DNA of 64,000 bases. Origin: an uncultured Bifidobacteriaceae bacterium. GTDB taxonomy: Bacteria > Acidobacteriota > Vicinamibacteria > Vicinamibacterales > UBA2999. Of the stretch, positions 1-11,086 are shown piece after piece. Within the stretch, counting starts at the first letter, position 1. The number at the start of each line of letters is the position of its first letter. Where the stretch lies: positions 81,237 to 145,236 of the forward strand of contig CAZXTM010000002.1 in the NCBI GenBank assembly GCA_964643765.1, given 5' to 3'. Made by a program: the position numbers and the translations under genes. The notes beneath the pieces are model-generated. The model worked only from the letters and a program-made list of their open reading frames with translations. It did no database searches and was not told the DNA's origin.

Positions 1-311
1 TTCAGCTGCTGCGACCCTCGCGCACGTGGCTGGTGTGGGCCGGCCTGCTGACGCTCGGTACCACCCAGCTGGCCACGCGCGCGCTGTCGACGGCGTGGGC
101 TGCCGGGCACGTGCCCGCGGCGCACAACGCGCATGCGTTGTGGTTCACCATCACCGGAGTGCTGACGGTACTGACGGCTGTCGCCTGCGGGGCCCTCATC
201 TACACGGCGCGTACCGAGCCTTCGGATGACCGCGTGCAGGCCCTCCGTCCACCATTCGCCACCCTGTCGCTGCTATGGCTCGTGTTCTCCTTCGTCTTCC
301 TGGCCGGCTGA
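1..311 (+). CDS. membrane protein, C-terminal part (5' end outside window)
   Basis: The frame of ORF 33..311 stays open back to base 3 with no stop. Hydrophobic helices are present (WFTITGVLTVLTAVACGALIY, LSLLWLVFSFVFLAG). The TGA at 309-311 overlaps ATG 311 of the next ORF. It lies directly upstream of a CuA subunit II-like gene. Confidence 0.4.
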   Translation, partial: QLLRPSRTWLVWAGLLTLGTTQLATRALSTAWAAGHVPAAHNAHALWFTITGVLTVLTAVACGALIYTARTEPSDDRVQALRPPFATLSLLWLVFSFVFLAG

Positions 312-469
312 TGCTGGCGTGCCCGGTATGCGCCACGCCCGAGGGTGTCGTCATGACTGACGGCGCCCGCAGCGGGGCCCTCGTGCTGATGGGTGTGACG
401 GTGCTGGTCGTGGTGCCGCTGGCCATCGCCGCAGTCCGCCTGTGGCGATACGAGGTACGTCGCACATGA
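311..469 (+). CDS. small CxxC membrane protein (52 aa), function unknown
   Basis: The internal ATG at 311 of ORF 275..469 overlaps the upstream stop (TGATG). The N-terminus is MLACPVCATPEG, followed by one TM helix (ALVLMGVTVLVVVPLAIAAV). Its stop overlaps the ATG at 466 of the next gene (ATGA). Confidence 0.35.
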   Translation: MLACPVCATPEGVVMTDGARSGALVLMGVTVLVVVPLAIAAVRLWRYEVRRT

Positions 470-1209
470 CGGGCACACTGCCCGAGGCCGCCTCGGCGCA
501 CGCCGCCACGCTCGACTCGGTGCTGACCCGCGTGCACGTGCACATCGGCGCGGTGTTCATCCTCTGGCTAGGCATCCTGCTGGTGGCGCTCTGGAAGGGC
601 CATGCGAGGCACACGCCCGACGCGGCCCACACGACGGGCCCCCGCCGATGGCCGTGGGTGGCGATGGCCGCCGTGGTGGCCAGCGACATCCTGCTGCTCT
701 TCGGCGAGGCCCTGCCGGCGTGGCACGCCCGCATGCAGCCGCCCTCGGGCAGCGGCCCTGCACCACTCGAGATTCACATCGAAGCCGAGCGGTATGTCTG
801 GCACGTGCACTACGCTGGTCCCGATGGCCGCTTCGGCCGCACCGACCCGGCGCACATCGACGCCGGCAACGCCATGGGCCTCGACACGGCCGACCCGGCC
901 GCGCAGGACGATGTGACGCTCGACAATGTGCTGGTGCTGCCCCTGGGCCGTGCGGTGGTGGTGCAGCTGAAGAGCCGCGACGTGATTCACGCGTTCACGC
1001 TGCCCGAAATGCGGGTGAAGCAGGATGTGACCCCGGGCCTCACCAGCCGCGCCTGGTTCACGCCCGTTCGCACCGGGACGTGGGACATCGTGTGTTCTCA
1101 GCTGTGCGGCGCGGGGCACTACCGCATGCGCGGCGAATACCGCGTGCTGACCGCCGAGGCCTGGGACGCCTGGCTGGCAGAGGAAGTGGCGCTCCTCACG
1201 CCGCCCTGA
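466..1209 (+). CDS. cytochrome c oxidase subunit II-like CuA cupredoxin protein
   Basis: Two N-terminal TM helices precede a cupredoxin domain. It carries the CuA ligand pattern HAFTLPE...CSQLCGAGHYRM (H..CxxxCxxxHxxM). The start at 466 was chosen for its ATGA coupling; 442 is also possible. Confidence 0.8.
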   Translation: MTGTLPEAASAHAATLDSVLTRVHVHIGAVFILWLGILLVALWKGHARHTPDAAHTTGPRRWPWVAMAAVVASDILLLFGEALPAWHARMQPPSGSGPAPLEIHIEAERYVWHVHYAGPDGRFGRTDPAHIDAGNAMGLDTADPAAQDDVTLDNVLVLPLGRAVVVQLKSRDVIHAFTLPEMRVKQDVTPGLTSRAWFTPVRTGTWDIVCSQLCGAGHYRMRGEYRVLTAEAWDAWLAEEVALLTPP

Positions 1210-1217
1210 CCGGCACG

Positions 1218-3124
1218 TCAGGGGCGCACGCCTACCCATCGCTCGCGGAAACGCCGCATCTCGTCGCTGAGCGGCTGCCCGGCCTGCTCGGCAGGCACCA
1301 CGTCGATGCGCTGATCCTCGGCCAGCGTCACGGATGTCTCGAACCGTTCACCGCTGCGCCTGACGGCCCGCAGGGCCAGCTGATCGCCCGGACGATGCCG
1401 CGCGAGAATATCGGCCACCTGAGTGGGCTGTGTGAGCTCGACGCCGTCGAGAGCCACGAGGTGATCGTCCTGCGCCACGCCCGCACGCGCCAGCGGCGCA
1501 TCGAAGGCCACCAGCGAGGCGACACGCACGCCGGCCGCGCCCGCCGACAGCTGGACGCTGCCCAGCGTGGGGCGTCCTTCCTGGGGCCGACGCACCATGA
1601 GGCCCGCCCGCTTCAGCAGTCGCGCATAGTCGACCAGTTCGCGGCCTTCCACATGGCGCGCGAAGAAATCTCGCGCAAAAGCCCGATCGCCCGACACCTG
1701 CGCCAGCACCGCCTCAAGATCGGCAATCGTGTAGGGCGTGGCCACCATGCCAGGCTCGGACGGCGTGCGCCCGAAGCGCTGCCACACCGCCCGCATGTAA
1801 TCGTCGCCCGACACGGCGCCATCAGACCGATCCCGCAGGCTGAGGTCGAGCGCGAAGCCGATGGCCGAGCCGTAGGTGTAATACGAGATGAACAGGTTAG
1901 GCCACGCCGTCCGATCGATAGACGCGGCGGCGTCGACAAACGGTGCCAGCCGGCTCATGTCGATGGCCGACCGCAGCTGCCGGCCCGGGCTCAGCGTGAC
2001 GGCATTGATGATGCCGGCGACGTCGCCGAGCAGCTGCTCCTCGGTGAGCAGGCCCGCGCGGGCCAGGGCCACGCCGTCGAAGTAGTTGGTGAAGCCCTCG
2101 CCGAACCACAGCTCGTCGGACATGTTCGCGTCCTCGTAGTTGAACGGCTCGATCGCGCGCGCGCGGATGCGCTCCATGTTCCAGGCGTGGAAAAACTCGT
2201 GCGACACCGTGCCCAGTATCGATTGCCGCTGCGCCGGCTGCCGCAGGGCCCCTCGATTCGAGACGACGGTGCTGTTGCGGTGCTCCATGCCGTCACCATC
2301 CGCCCAGGGGAGGTAGTCGGCCAGGAAGGTGTAGGTGCCGCCGTCGAACTTCGGCAGTTCGCCGAAGATGCGCATCTGCTGGCGCACGATCTTCTCGACG
2401 TCTCGGGCGTACTCGTCGGCCTCAACATCAGTGCCGTCGTGATGCAGCGCGATGCGAATCGTCTGCGGGCCATGCACCCCATCGTCGATGGTGAAGGCGC
2501 GCCAGACAAAGCCGCTGAACTCGATGGGACTGTCCATCAGGTAGTGCAGGTTCGGGGCCGTGAACGCCAGGGGATCGTCGGTGGGAAACAGCTGCGTGGC
2601 CACCTGCCAGGCGCGCCCCGCGGGACGCTCGAACCGCACGCGCGCCGGGCGCATGAGCGCCCCGCGCACGAACATGAAGGCCGCCGGTGCATTGATGTGC
2701 GCGTGGCCCGGATCGACGCTGAGGTACGTGCCGTCCGTGCGATCGCCAAATACCTTGTAGCGCACGACCACCGTGCCGTCGTGGCCGGCGACATCCCACT
2801 GGTGCAGGCTGGGACGGCGCGGCGCCAGCGGACGGCCCTGGCCATCGGTAACCTGCACGTCAAACACGTTCTTCGCAAACTCGTGCAGGGCATAGCGGCC
2901 GGGCGACACGCGGCTCATCCGGATTTCGGCAGGCCCGGCGGGCAGGCCGGGGAAGCGGGCCTCGACCTGCATCCAGCGCTGCTCGACGGCGGGAAACTGC
3001 ACGCGGTACTCGAAGGCCAGGGGCACCGGCGACTGCGCCCGTGCAGTGGTCGCCACAAGCGCGAGCCCCGCGCACAGCAGGCCCAGCGATGCCTGTCGGC
3101 TGAGGGCGGCTCGGAAATGCCTGA

Positions 3125-3128
<4 letters not shown>
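1218..3128 (-). CDS. M61 family glycyl aminopeptidase-like metallopeptidase with C-terminal PDZ domain, exported
   Basis: It has an HEFFHAWN (HExxH) zinc motif and a signal peptide (LLCAGLALVATTARAQS). The C-terminus has a PDZ-like segment (VRVASLVAFDAPLARAGVAQDDHLVALDGV). The 636-aa ORF has protein-like composition. Confidence 0.85.
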
Positions 3129-4911
<1,783 letters not shown>

Positions 4912-4955
4912 GGAACCGCCCCTCGCTGAGGTGTCGGGCCCCTGCGGCGTGACAT

Positions 4956-5050
4956 TGGCGGTGAGGGAGGGATTCGAACCCTCGGTAGGAATTTAAAGTT
5001 CCTACAGCGGTTTAGCAAACCGCCGCCTTAAGCCTCTCGGCCACCTCACC
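4956..5050 (-). tRNA. tRNA-Ser (anticodon GCU)
   Basis: A 95-nt cloverleaf. Acceptor GGTGAGG/CCTCACC; anticodon stem GCGGT/ACCGC with loop TTGCTAA; long variable arm; T-arm GAGGG-TTCGAAT-CCCTC; discriminator G plus an encoded CCA. Confidence 0.9.
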
Positions 5051-5306
5051 GCGCCTGAGGTGTGATTGTCGCACAAGGACTTCCGGATTTCAGCACTTTC
5101 GACCCGAAGGGCGGGTTTCAGGCCTGAGGGGCGGGCGGGGGCGCCCCCCCCAGACACGGGTCGCGGCAAAAGGGGCAGGAGTCGGTGTGGTCGCGCGCGA
5201 TCGCGGTGAAGCACACGCGGCGGAACCCTGAAGGCCAGCCGCCCCGTGTGCATGGCCCTTCGGGAGAGCGACGCCTCACCACCCCCCATCCGCTGTAGGC
5301 TGAGGC

Positions 5307-6404
5307 ATGGTGCTGGTACCCTCAGGGCAAGTCACTGCGCTGTTTCTGTTCGATGTCGCCGAGGAGCTCAGGCTCGACCAGGCCCGCGCGCTGCTCGGGC
5401 TCGGGCCCGAGGCCCAGCCCCCGATGCTGCACCCCTCGGTGCCGCCCTATGTGCGCTACACCGACCCGCCCATCCAGGCCGATGCGGCCACGCTCGGGCT
5501 GCATCTGCCCGACGGCATCGACCTCGGCGTCAGGGTGCGTCTCTTCGACTATGGCGTCGTCTCGCTGGCGCTCACCCGCACCTGCCCGGGCACCTTCGCT
5601 GACCTGCAGGCCCTCGCCCGCGAGGCCACCGCGCGTCCCCTCGAGGTGCTGGCCGCCGATCTCTGCCGCCAGTGCACCGAGCGGCTTGCGCCCGCCCTGG
5701 TGGAACCCCGCGCCTCTCAGCTGACGGAAGACTATGTCGTCGCCGCCCTGGTGCACGACGGGCACGGGCAGCCGGCCGTCACCCTGCTCGCCGCGCACGG
5801 CACCGACATCGCCGGGCTGCTGCGGCTCGAAGCCGCCGAACTCAGCGTGCAGGAACGCGACGAGGTGCTGCAGCACCGGCTGTCGTACCTGGCCAGCGAT
5901 CTCGTGATTCCCTCGTGGAACGGGGCGTTCGTATACGACACCGCCGCGGGCCTCGCCGGCGCACTCGAGCTGCTCGAGTTCACCAACTCACAGCTGCTGC
6001 AGTTCCGCTATTACGACCAGCGCCTCGGCGCAGACCTGCGGCGCATCTACGGGCGATTGCAGACCACGCGCTGGTACGACTCGCTGATCGGCCGCCGGCA
6101 CACGGCCGCGGCCCGCGAGCTGCACGCCCTCTTCATCGACGTGAACGAACTGGTCGATCGCACTGAAAACGCGCTGAAGCTGGTGGGGGATGTGTATGCC
6201 GCGCGGCTGCTCGGGCTCGCCTCGGCGCGCCTCGGCCTCGAGGCATGGAAGCACGCCGTCCGCGACCAGCTCGACACGCTCGATCGCATCTACCGCTTTG
6301 CCGTCGACCAGACCAGCATGGACCGCGGCGAGCTGCTCGAGCTCACCGTGGTCCTCATCCTGCTGCTGGAACTGGTGCTGTTCTTCCTCGGCGTGATGCG
6401 CTAG
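5307..6404 (+). CDS. RMD1/DUF155-like protein with C-terminal TM helix
   Basis: The 365-aa ORF has coiled regions and a terminal hydrophobic helix (LTVVLILLLELVLFFLGVM). The overall pattern resembles RMD1/Sif2 (DUF155) family proteins. The family assignment is by eye only. Confidence 0.5.
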   Translation: MVLVPSGQVTALFLFDVAEELRLDQARALLGLGPEAQPPMLHPSVPPYVRYTDPPIQADAATLGLHLPDGIDLGVRVRLFDYGVVSLALTRTCPGTFADLQALAREATARPLEVLAADLCRQCTERLAPALVEPRASQLTEDYVVAALVHDGHGQPAVTLLAAHGTDIAGLLRLEAAELSVQERDEVLQHRLSYLASDLVIPSWNGAFVYDTAAGLAGALELLEFTNSQLLQFRYYDQRLGADLRRIYGRLQTTRWYDSLIGRRHTAAARELHALFIDVNELVDRTENALKLVGDVYAARLLGLASARLGLEAWKHAVRDQLDTLDRIYRFAVDQTSMDRGELLELTVVLILLLELVLFFLGVMR

Positions 6405-7445
6405 CTACACCAGCCGGAAGGCCAGCTCCCCGAGCGGACCCACGCGGCACGTCAGCTGATCGCCGGGCTTGAGCCACACCTGCTGATCTTTGGGCTTGCC
6501 CTGGATGACGCCCTGCGGCGTGCCCGTGAAGATGACGTCGCCTGGCTTCAGCGTGAAGTAGTCGGAGATGTAGCTGATCATCTGCCGCGTGTTGAAGATG
6601 AAGTCAGAGGTGTTCGATGACTGACGCGTCTCGCCATTCACGCGGCACTCGACGGTGAGCGTGTCGGGGTCGACCTGATCAGCCGACACCAGATAGGGAC
6701 CGATCGGCGCAAAGCCGTCGATGGCCTTGCCCACCATCCACTGCCCGCCCCGGCCGTTCTGCAGGTCGCGGGCCGTGAAGTCATTGCCCGTCGCATAGCC
6801 GGCAACATACGACAGCGCATCGGCCTGGCTCACACGGCGCGCCGTCCTGCCGATGATGATGACGAGCTCTGCCTCGTAGTCGAAGTTCGTGGCGAGGTCG
6901 ACCGGCAGCGTCACCGTACCCTGATGCGCGTTGAGCGAGGCGTTGAATTTGTTGAAGAGCACCGGGTGGGAAGGAATGGGCGACCCGATCTCCTTCGCAT
7001 GCTCGCGGTAGTTGAGCCCGACGCACACGATCTTGTCGGGACGGCTGACCAGCGGCCCGTAGGTGATGCCGTCCTCGGGGCGGAAGGCCGCCCCCGCGGC
7101 CGGATCCTTGAGCGCTGCCTCGACCACCGCCTTCACGCTGGGGCCGTCCTCCTGCTGCAGCATGTCATCCATGGTCGCCGGGGCATACATCCTGAGCGCC
7201 GCGGCGGCAGCCGCCACGTCGAGAATGCCCTTCTCGGTCTTCACACCCAGCCGGTCGACCCCGTCGACACGGAAGGTGAGCAGCGTGAGGCCCGTCGCCA
7301 GCCCCTGCGGCAGCGTGCGGACCGGCGTGGCCGCCGCCTCGGGCGCGGCAGGCGTCGCCGCACATCCGGCGGCAGTGGCGGCCAGGGCCAGGGACCCGGC
7401 GCTGCCCGTCTGCGTAAGAAATCGGCGTCTGTTCATGGCGCGCAT
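6405..7445 (-). CDS. fumarylacetoacetate hydrolase (FAH) family protein with Tat signal/lipobox-like N-terminus
   Basis: The FAH core is present (KIVCVGLNYREHAKE, FDYEAELVIIIG, KPGDVIFTGTPQGV). The N-terminus is MNRRRFLTQTGSAGSLALAATAAGC. An alternative start at 7436 is possible. Confidence 0.85.
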   Translation of the reverse strand: MRAMNRRRFLTQTGSAGSLALAATAAGCAATPAAPEAAATPVRTLPQGLATGLTLLTFRVDGVDRLGVKTEKGILDVAAAAAALRMYAPATMDDMLQQEDGPSVKAVVEAALKDPAAGAAFRPEDGITYGPLVSRPDKIVCVGLNYREHAKEIGSPIPSHPVLFNKFNASLNAHQGTVTLPVDLATNFDYEAELVIIIGRTARRVSQADALSYVAGYATGNDFTARDLQNGRGGQWMVGKAIDGFAPIGPYLVSADQVDPDTLTVECRVNGETRQSSNTSDFIFNTRQMISYISDYFTLKPGDVIFTGTPQGVIQGKPKDQQVWLKPGDQLTCRVGPLGELAFRLV

Positions 7446-7514
7446 CTTACTGCCAGTGCCGGCTGCCGCGCGAGCGGGGCCCCTGCATTATTCTGGAAGG
7501 CAGTTGCTCGCCCG

Positions 7515-8870
7515 ATGACTCCACGCCTCCGCTTCGCTCCCTCACCGACCGGCTACCTGCACGTGGGCGGCGCCCGCACGGCGCTCTTCAACTGGCTGTA
7601 TGCCCGACGGCATGGCGGCACCTTCGTCCTGCGCATCGAGGACACCGACACGCAGCGCTCGTCGGATGACATGGTCACCGGCATCCTCGAGGGGCTGCGG
7701 TGGCTCGGCATCGACTGGGACGAAGGCCCCGAGGTCGGCGGGCCCCATGCCCCGTACTTCCAGTCGCAGCGCCTCGAGCGCTACCGCGCCGCCGTGCGCG
7801 ACCTGTTGGCCCGCGGATGCGCCTACGAGGATGAGGGCGCCATCCGGTTCCGCATTCCCGAGGGCACCACCACGTTCCACGACGCGGTGCATGGTCCGAT
7901 CAGCTTCAACAACGCGCACCTCGAGTCGTTCGTCATACTCAGGTCAGACGGCCATCCCACCTACCACCTCTCCGTCGTCGTCGATGACATCGACATGCAG
8001 ATTACGCATGTCGTGCGCGGAGACGACCACATCTCGAACACGCCGAAGCACGTGCTGCTGTTCGAGGCCTTCGGCGTCACGCCGCCGGTCTTCGCGCACG
8101 TGCCGCTCATCATGGGCGCCGACAAGAAACGCCTGAGCAAGCGGCATGGAGCCACGTCGGTGCTCGAGTACGAACGGCAGGGCTACCTGCCCGATGCGCT
8201 GTTCAACTTCCTGGCCCTCCTGGGCTGGGGCACCGGCACAGACGATGAGCTGCTGAGCCGTGAGGAACTGGTGCAGCGCTTCACGCTCGAGGGCATTTCG
8301 GGCGGCAATGCGGTGTTCAACACCGAGAAGCTCGACTGGTTCAACCATCAGTACCTGCTGGCGCTCGATGACGACCAGCTGGTGGCGCACCTGCGGCCCT
8401 TCCTTCTGGAAGGCGGCCTGTGGCGCGACAGCTTCGACGCGGCCGAGCGCGCATGGCTCGTGCAGGTGCTGGGGCTGCTGCGTCCCCGGGCGCGGCGGCT
8501 GACGGAGTTTGCCGCGCAGATGCGGCCCTTCTGTGCGGCGCCCGAGGGCTACGACCTCGAGGGACTCCGCAAGCACCTCGGCGCGCCCGAGAGTGCGGCG
8601 CACATCGAGGCGCTGGCGTCGTGTGTGGCCGCCAGTGCGTGGGACGTGCAGGCACTCGAGCGCGACCTGCGGGCGCTGGCCGAGGGTCGCAGCATCAAGG
8701 CGGCGGTGCTGATTCATGCGGCGCGGCTGGCCGTGACGGGACGCATGGTGAGCCCGGGCCTCTTCGAGATGCTGGCGCTCGTCGGACGAGACGAGGTGGT
8801 GACCCGCCTGCGGCGACTGGCGCAGCAGCTGCCGGCGCTGCTGGCCACCCCCCTCCCGGCGGCCGAGTAA
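7515..8870 (+). CDS. gltX: glutamate--tRNA ligase
   Basis: Class I signature motifs are present: PSPTGYLHVGGARTA (HIGH-type) and KLSKRHG (KMSKS-type). The start is the in-frame ATG at 7515 within the longer ORF 6924..8870. Confidence 0.95.
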   Translation: MTPRLRFAPSPTGYLHVGGARTALFNWLYARRHGGTFVLRIEDTDTQRSSDDMVTGILEGLRWLGIDWDEGPEVGGPHAPYFQSQRLERYRAAVRDLLARGCAYEDEGAIRFRIPEGTTTFHDAVHGPISFNNAHLESFVILRSDGHPTYHLSVVVDDIDMQITHVVRGDDHISNTPKHVLLFEAFGVTPPVFAHVPLIMGADKKRLSKRHGATSVLEYERQGYLPDALFNFLALLGWGTGTDDELLSREELVQRFTLEGISGGNAVFNTEKLDWFNHQYLLALDDDQLVAHLRPFLLEGGLWRDSFDAAERAWLVQVLGLLRPRARRLTEFAAQMRPFCAAPEGYDLEGLRKHLGAPESAAHIEALASCVAASAWDVQALERDLRALAEGRSIKAAVLIHAARLAVTGRMVSPGLFEMLALVGRDEVVTRLRRLAQQLPALLATPLPAAE

Positions 8871-8876
8871 GCGCCG

Positions 8877-9779
8877 ATGCTGCTCGAGATTTTCCTGCAC
8901 GACATCGTGCCGGTGTTCCTCATTGCCGGCGCGGGCCTTGCGCTGGCGCGCGGCGTGGGCACGCAGGTGCAGGCGCTGACGCATGTCGTGTTCTACATCC
9001 TCATCCCGGCGCTCGTCTTCGAAATGCTGATGACGACCCCGTCGCTCGGCGCTGATGCACCGGGGCTGGCGGCGGTGGCGGGGCTGGCGATGGTCTCGAT
9101 GGTGGTGATTGGCGCGGCGCTCGGGGCGGGGCTGCGGCTGTCGCGCATCGACACGCGGGCGCTGCTGCTGATTGTGACCTTCTCGAACACGGGCAACTAT
9201 GGCCTGCCCGTGGTGCACCTGGCCTTTGGCGATGCGGCGCTGGCGCGGGCGACGGTGTTCTTCGTGGCCAACTCGGTGCTGACCTATGCGCTGGGCACGC
9301 TCATCGCGGCCGGGGCGCGTGGTGGCAACCTCGAAGCCTGGCAGCGGCTGTGGCGGCTGCCGACGGTGCAGGCGGTGGTGCTGGCACTGGCCCTGCGGGC
9401 GCTGGGCGTAACGGTGCCCGAACCGGTGATGCATCCGGTGTCGCTCCTCAGCGACGCCGCCCTGCCAACGATGATTCTGGTGCTGGGGATGCAGTTGTAC
9501 GCGGCGGGCTGGCCGACGCGGCTGCCGCTGGTGGCTGCGGCGGTGGCGGTCTCGCTGGTCATCAGCCCGTTCGTCGCCTACGGCTGGTGCCTGGTGTTCG
9601 GCATCGACGGGCCCTCGCGTCAGGCGGCGGTGCTGCTCTCATCGATGCCGGTGGCGGTGACGACGACGATTCTGGCGGTGGAGTTTGATGTGTCGCCGGC
9701 GCTGGTGACCAGTGCCGTGCTGGTGTCGACGGTGCTGAGTCCGCTGACGCTGACGCCGCTGATTGCCTGGCTGCGATAG
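8877..9779 (+). CDS. AEC (auxin efflux carrier) family transporter
   Basis: A 300-aa polytopic membrane protein. The N-terminus MLLEIFLHDIVPVFLIAGAGLALAR and the repeated TM bundles are typical of AEC permeases. Confidence 0.8.
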   Translation: MLLEIFLHDIVPVFLIAGAGLALARGVGTQVQALTHVVFYILIPALVFEMLMTTPSLGADAPGLAAVAGLAMVSMVVIGAALGAGLRLSRIDTRALLLIVTFSNTGNYGLPVVHLAFGDAALARATVFFVANSVLTYALGTLIAAGARGGNLEAWQRLWRLPTVQAVVLALALRALGVTVPEPVMHPVSLLSDAALPTMILVLGMQLYAAGWPTRLPLVAAAVAVSLVISPFVAYGWCLVFGIDGPSRQAAVLLSSMPVAVTTTILAVEFDVSPALVTSAVLVSTVLSPLTLTPLIAWLR

Positions 9780-9904
9780 GGGGAAGCCCGCGGGGCTCCC
9801 GGCGGGCGGCGGGCACGCGCGCCCGAGGGCAGGGGCTGCGGGCGGGTGGCCCGGGCGGGCCCCGGGGTGGGCCTCTCGTGCGGGCCTCGCGGGTGTGTGC
9901 GGGG

Positions 9905-9933
9905 TTGAAGCGGTGCCGGGGCTCCGGTATACT
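9905..9933 (+). promoter_or_regulatory. sigma70-like promoter for tRNA-Gln
   Basis: TTGAAG (9905-9910), a 17-nt spacer and TATACT (9928-9933), ending 18 nt upstream of the tRNA 5' end. Confidence 0.45.
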
Positions 9934-9951
9934 CTGAAGTTCCTAGGCCGT

Positions 9952-10025
9952 TGGGAGGTCGTTCAACGGTAGGACAGCAGACTCTGACTCTGCTTATCGG
10001 GGTTCGAATCCCTGCCTCCCAGCCA
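9952..10025 (+). tRNA. tRNA-Gln (anticodon CUG)
   Basis: 74 nt. Acceptor TGGGAGG/CCTCCCA; anticodon stem GCAGA/TCTGC with loop CTCTGAC; T-arm CGGGG-TTCGAAT-CCCTG; encoded G-CCA end. Confidence 0.95.
9997..10025 (+). repeat. 29-bp direct repeat, copy 1 (3' end of tRNA-Gln; attL-like)
   Basis: TCGGGGTTCGAATCCCTGCCTCCCAGCCA is identical to 14054..14082. The flanks diverge immediately on both sides. Confidence 0.85.
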
Positions 10026-10032
10026 CGTCTAT

Positions 10033-10060
10033 CACCCGTCAATCCCCGCGTGACGGGGTG
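10033..10060 (+). terminator. hairpin downstream of tRNA-Gln (possible terminator)
   Basis: CACCCGTCA-atccccgcg-TGACGGGGTG, a 9-bp stem with one bulge, followed by TTCTC. The U-tract is weak. Confidence 0.3.
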
Positions 10061-10209
10061 TTCTCACGCCTGACGCCGGCGGTCATCCGACCACGTGACG
10101 CGCATCCGGGCATACCCGATGGTCGCGCCGCCGGGAAACCCGAAGCAGCGGAATGTGCCTCTCGTTGTTACACTGCTGAGGTCGACAACCCGCGACGATC
10201 CCGTCTAAC

Positions 10210-11076
10210 TTGAATATCGTGTCTCTGTCCCACATCCTCGGTCTGGTCTTCGGCCCCCTAGGCTCCCCTCATCACGTTCTGGGCCGTGTGCTCGTGCTGT
10301 GTGCCACAGGACTCATTGCCGGGCCAAGGCCGGCCTGGGCACAGGCCGCCGCGACAGGCGACAGACCACTGGTGGTCGAGAGGCCCAGCTTCTCCACGCC
10401 TCCCGACCTCGTCGGCGAGCGACGCTGGCAGATTGAGACTGGCATCAGTTGGCGACGCCTGTCGGAAGACGAACGCGACTCGCCCCTGGTCACCACCGCG
10501 CCAAACCTGACGCTGCGCGTCGGTGTCCATCCGCGGCTCGAGTTGCGTCTGGCGTCAAGCGGCGTCGACTGGTGGACCGTCGGCGGTCAGGTCTCCCGCA
10601 CGATAGCCAACTCCGCCGTCGGCGTGAAGTATCACCTGCTGCTCGAGCGGCACACAGGTCTCGACCTCTCGCTGGTGCCCATGGTAACCATGGGCTGGCC
10701 CCACGATTCGTCACCGTCCGCATCCGTCGTCGTGACGGCTGCCAAGGTCCTGGGGCCGCTGGGTCTCAACGCCAACCTCGTCCTGGCACGCGACTGGTCC
10801 GATGCACCCGCGATCGAACGAGACCTGAGCCTGGCCGTCACGGAAGCGATGTCTCCGAACTGGAGTGCCTTTGCCGAACTGGTCCGCGTCCAGACCGCAG
10901 CAGACCAGCCCGGCCAGTGGTCTGTCAACACCGGCATCGGGAGACTACTCGGCTCGAATATGGCCGCCGACCTGTATGTGGGTCGTCCTGCCCGTGGGGT
11001 CGCAGGTGCGTGGCGCTACGGTGTGGGTCTCAGCTGGCGCAGTCGCAATCGTCCAGGCGCCCCGCGCACCCCCTGA
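10210..11076 (+). CDS. outer-membrane beta-barrel protein (MetA-pathway 'transporter' family-like)
   Basis: It has a signal-like N-terminus ending AWAQAA and alternating beta-strand patterning. The C-terminal part (RYGVGLSWRS) is aromatic-rich, like OM barrels. The start is TTG at 10210. Confidence 0.45.
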   Translation: MNIVSLSHILGLVFGPLGSPHHVLGRVLVLCATGLIAGPRPAWAQAAATGDRPLVVERPSFSTPPDLVGERRWQIETGISWRRLSEDERDSPLVTTAPNLTLRVGVHPRLELRLASSGVDWWTVGGQVSRTIANSAVGVKYHLLLERHTGLDLSLVPMVTMGWPHDSSPSASVVVTAAKVLGPLGLNANLVLARDWSDAPAIERDLSLAVTEAMSPNWSAFAELVRVQTAADQPGQWSVNTGIGRLLGSNMAADLYVGRPARGVAGAWRYGVGLSWRSRNRPGAPRTP

Positions 11077-11086
11077 CCTCGCATCG

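Noticed and set aside
5053-5306. Possible SRP (4.5S/ffs) RNA, considered because ffs often neighbours tRNA-Ser in high-GC bacteria
   Set aside because: Neither strand contains the conserved domain IV core (…GGUCC-GGAA-GGAAGCAGCC…). The GGAA present is not closed by a stem. It is kept only as a generic structured region.
6924-7514. N-terminal extensions of long ORFs: gltX from 6924, Rieske to 25112, amidohydrolase to 28567, rmuC from 19928, E2 to 46978, paaD to 54503
   Set aside because: The extensions overlap neighbouring real genes or are Arg/Gly-rich. Internal starts coincide with conserved family N-termini, signal peptides and/or SD sequences.
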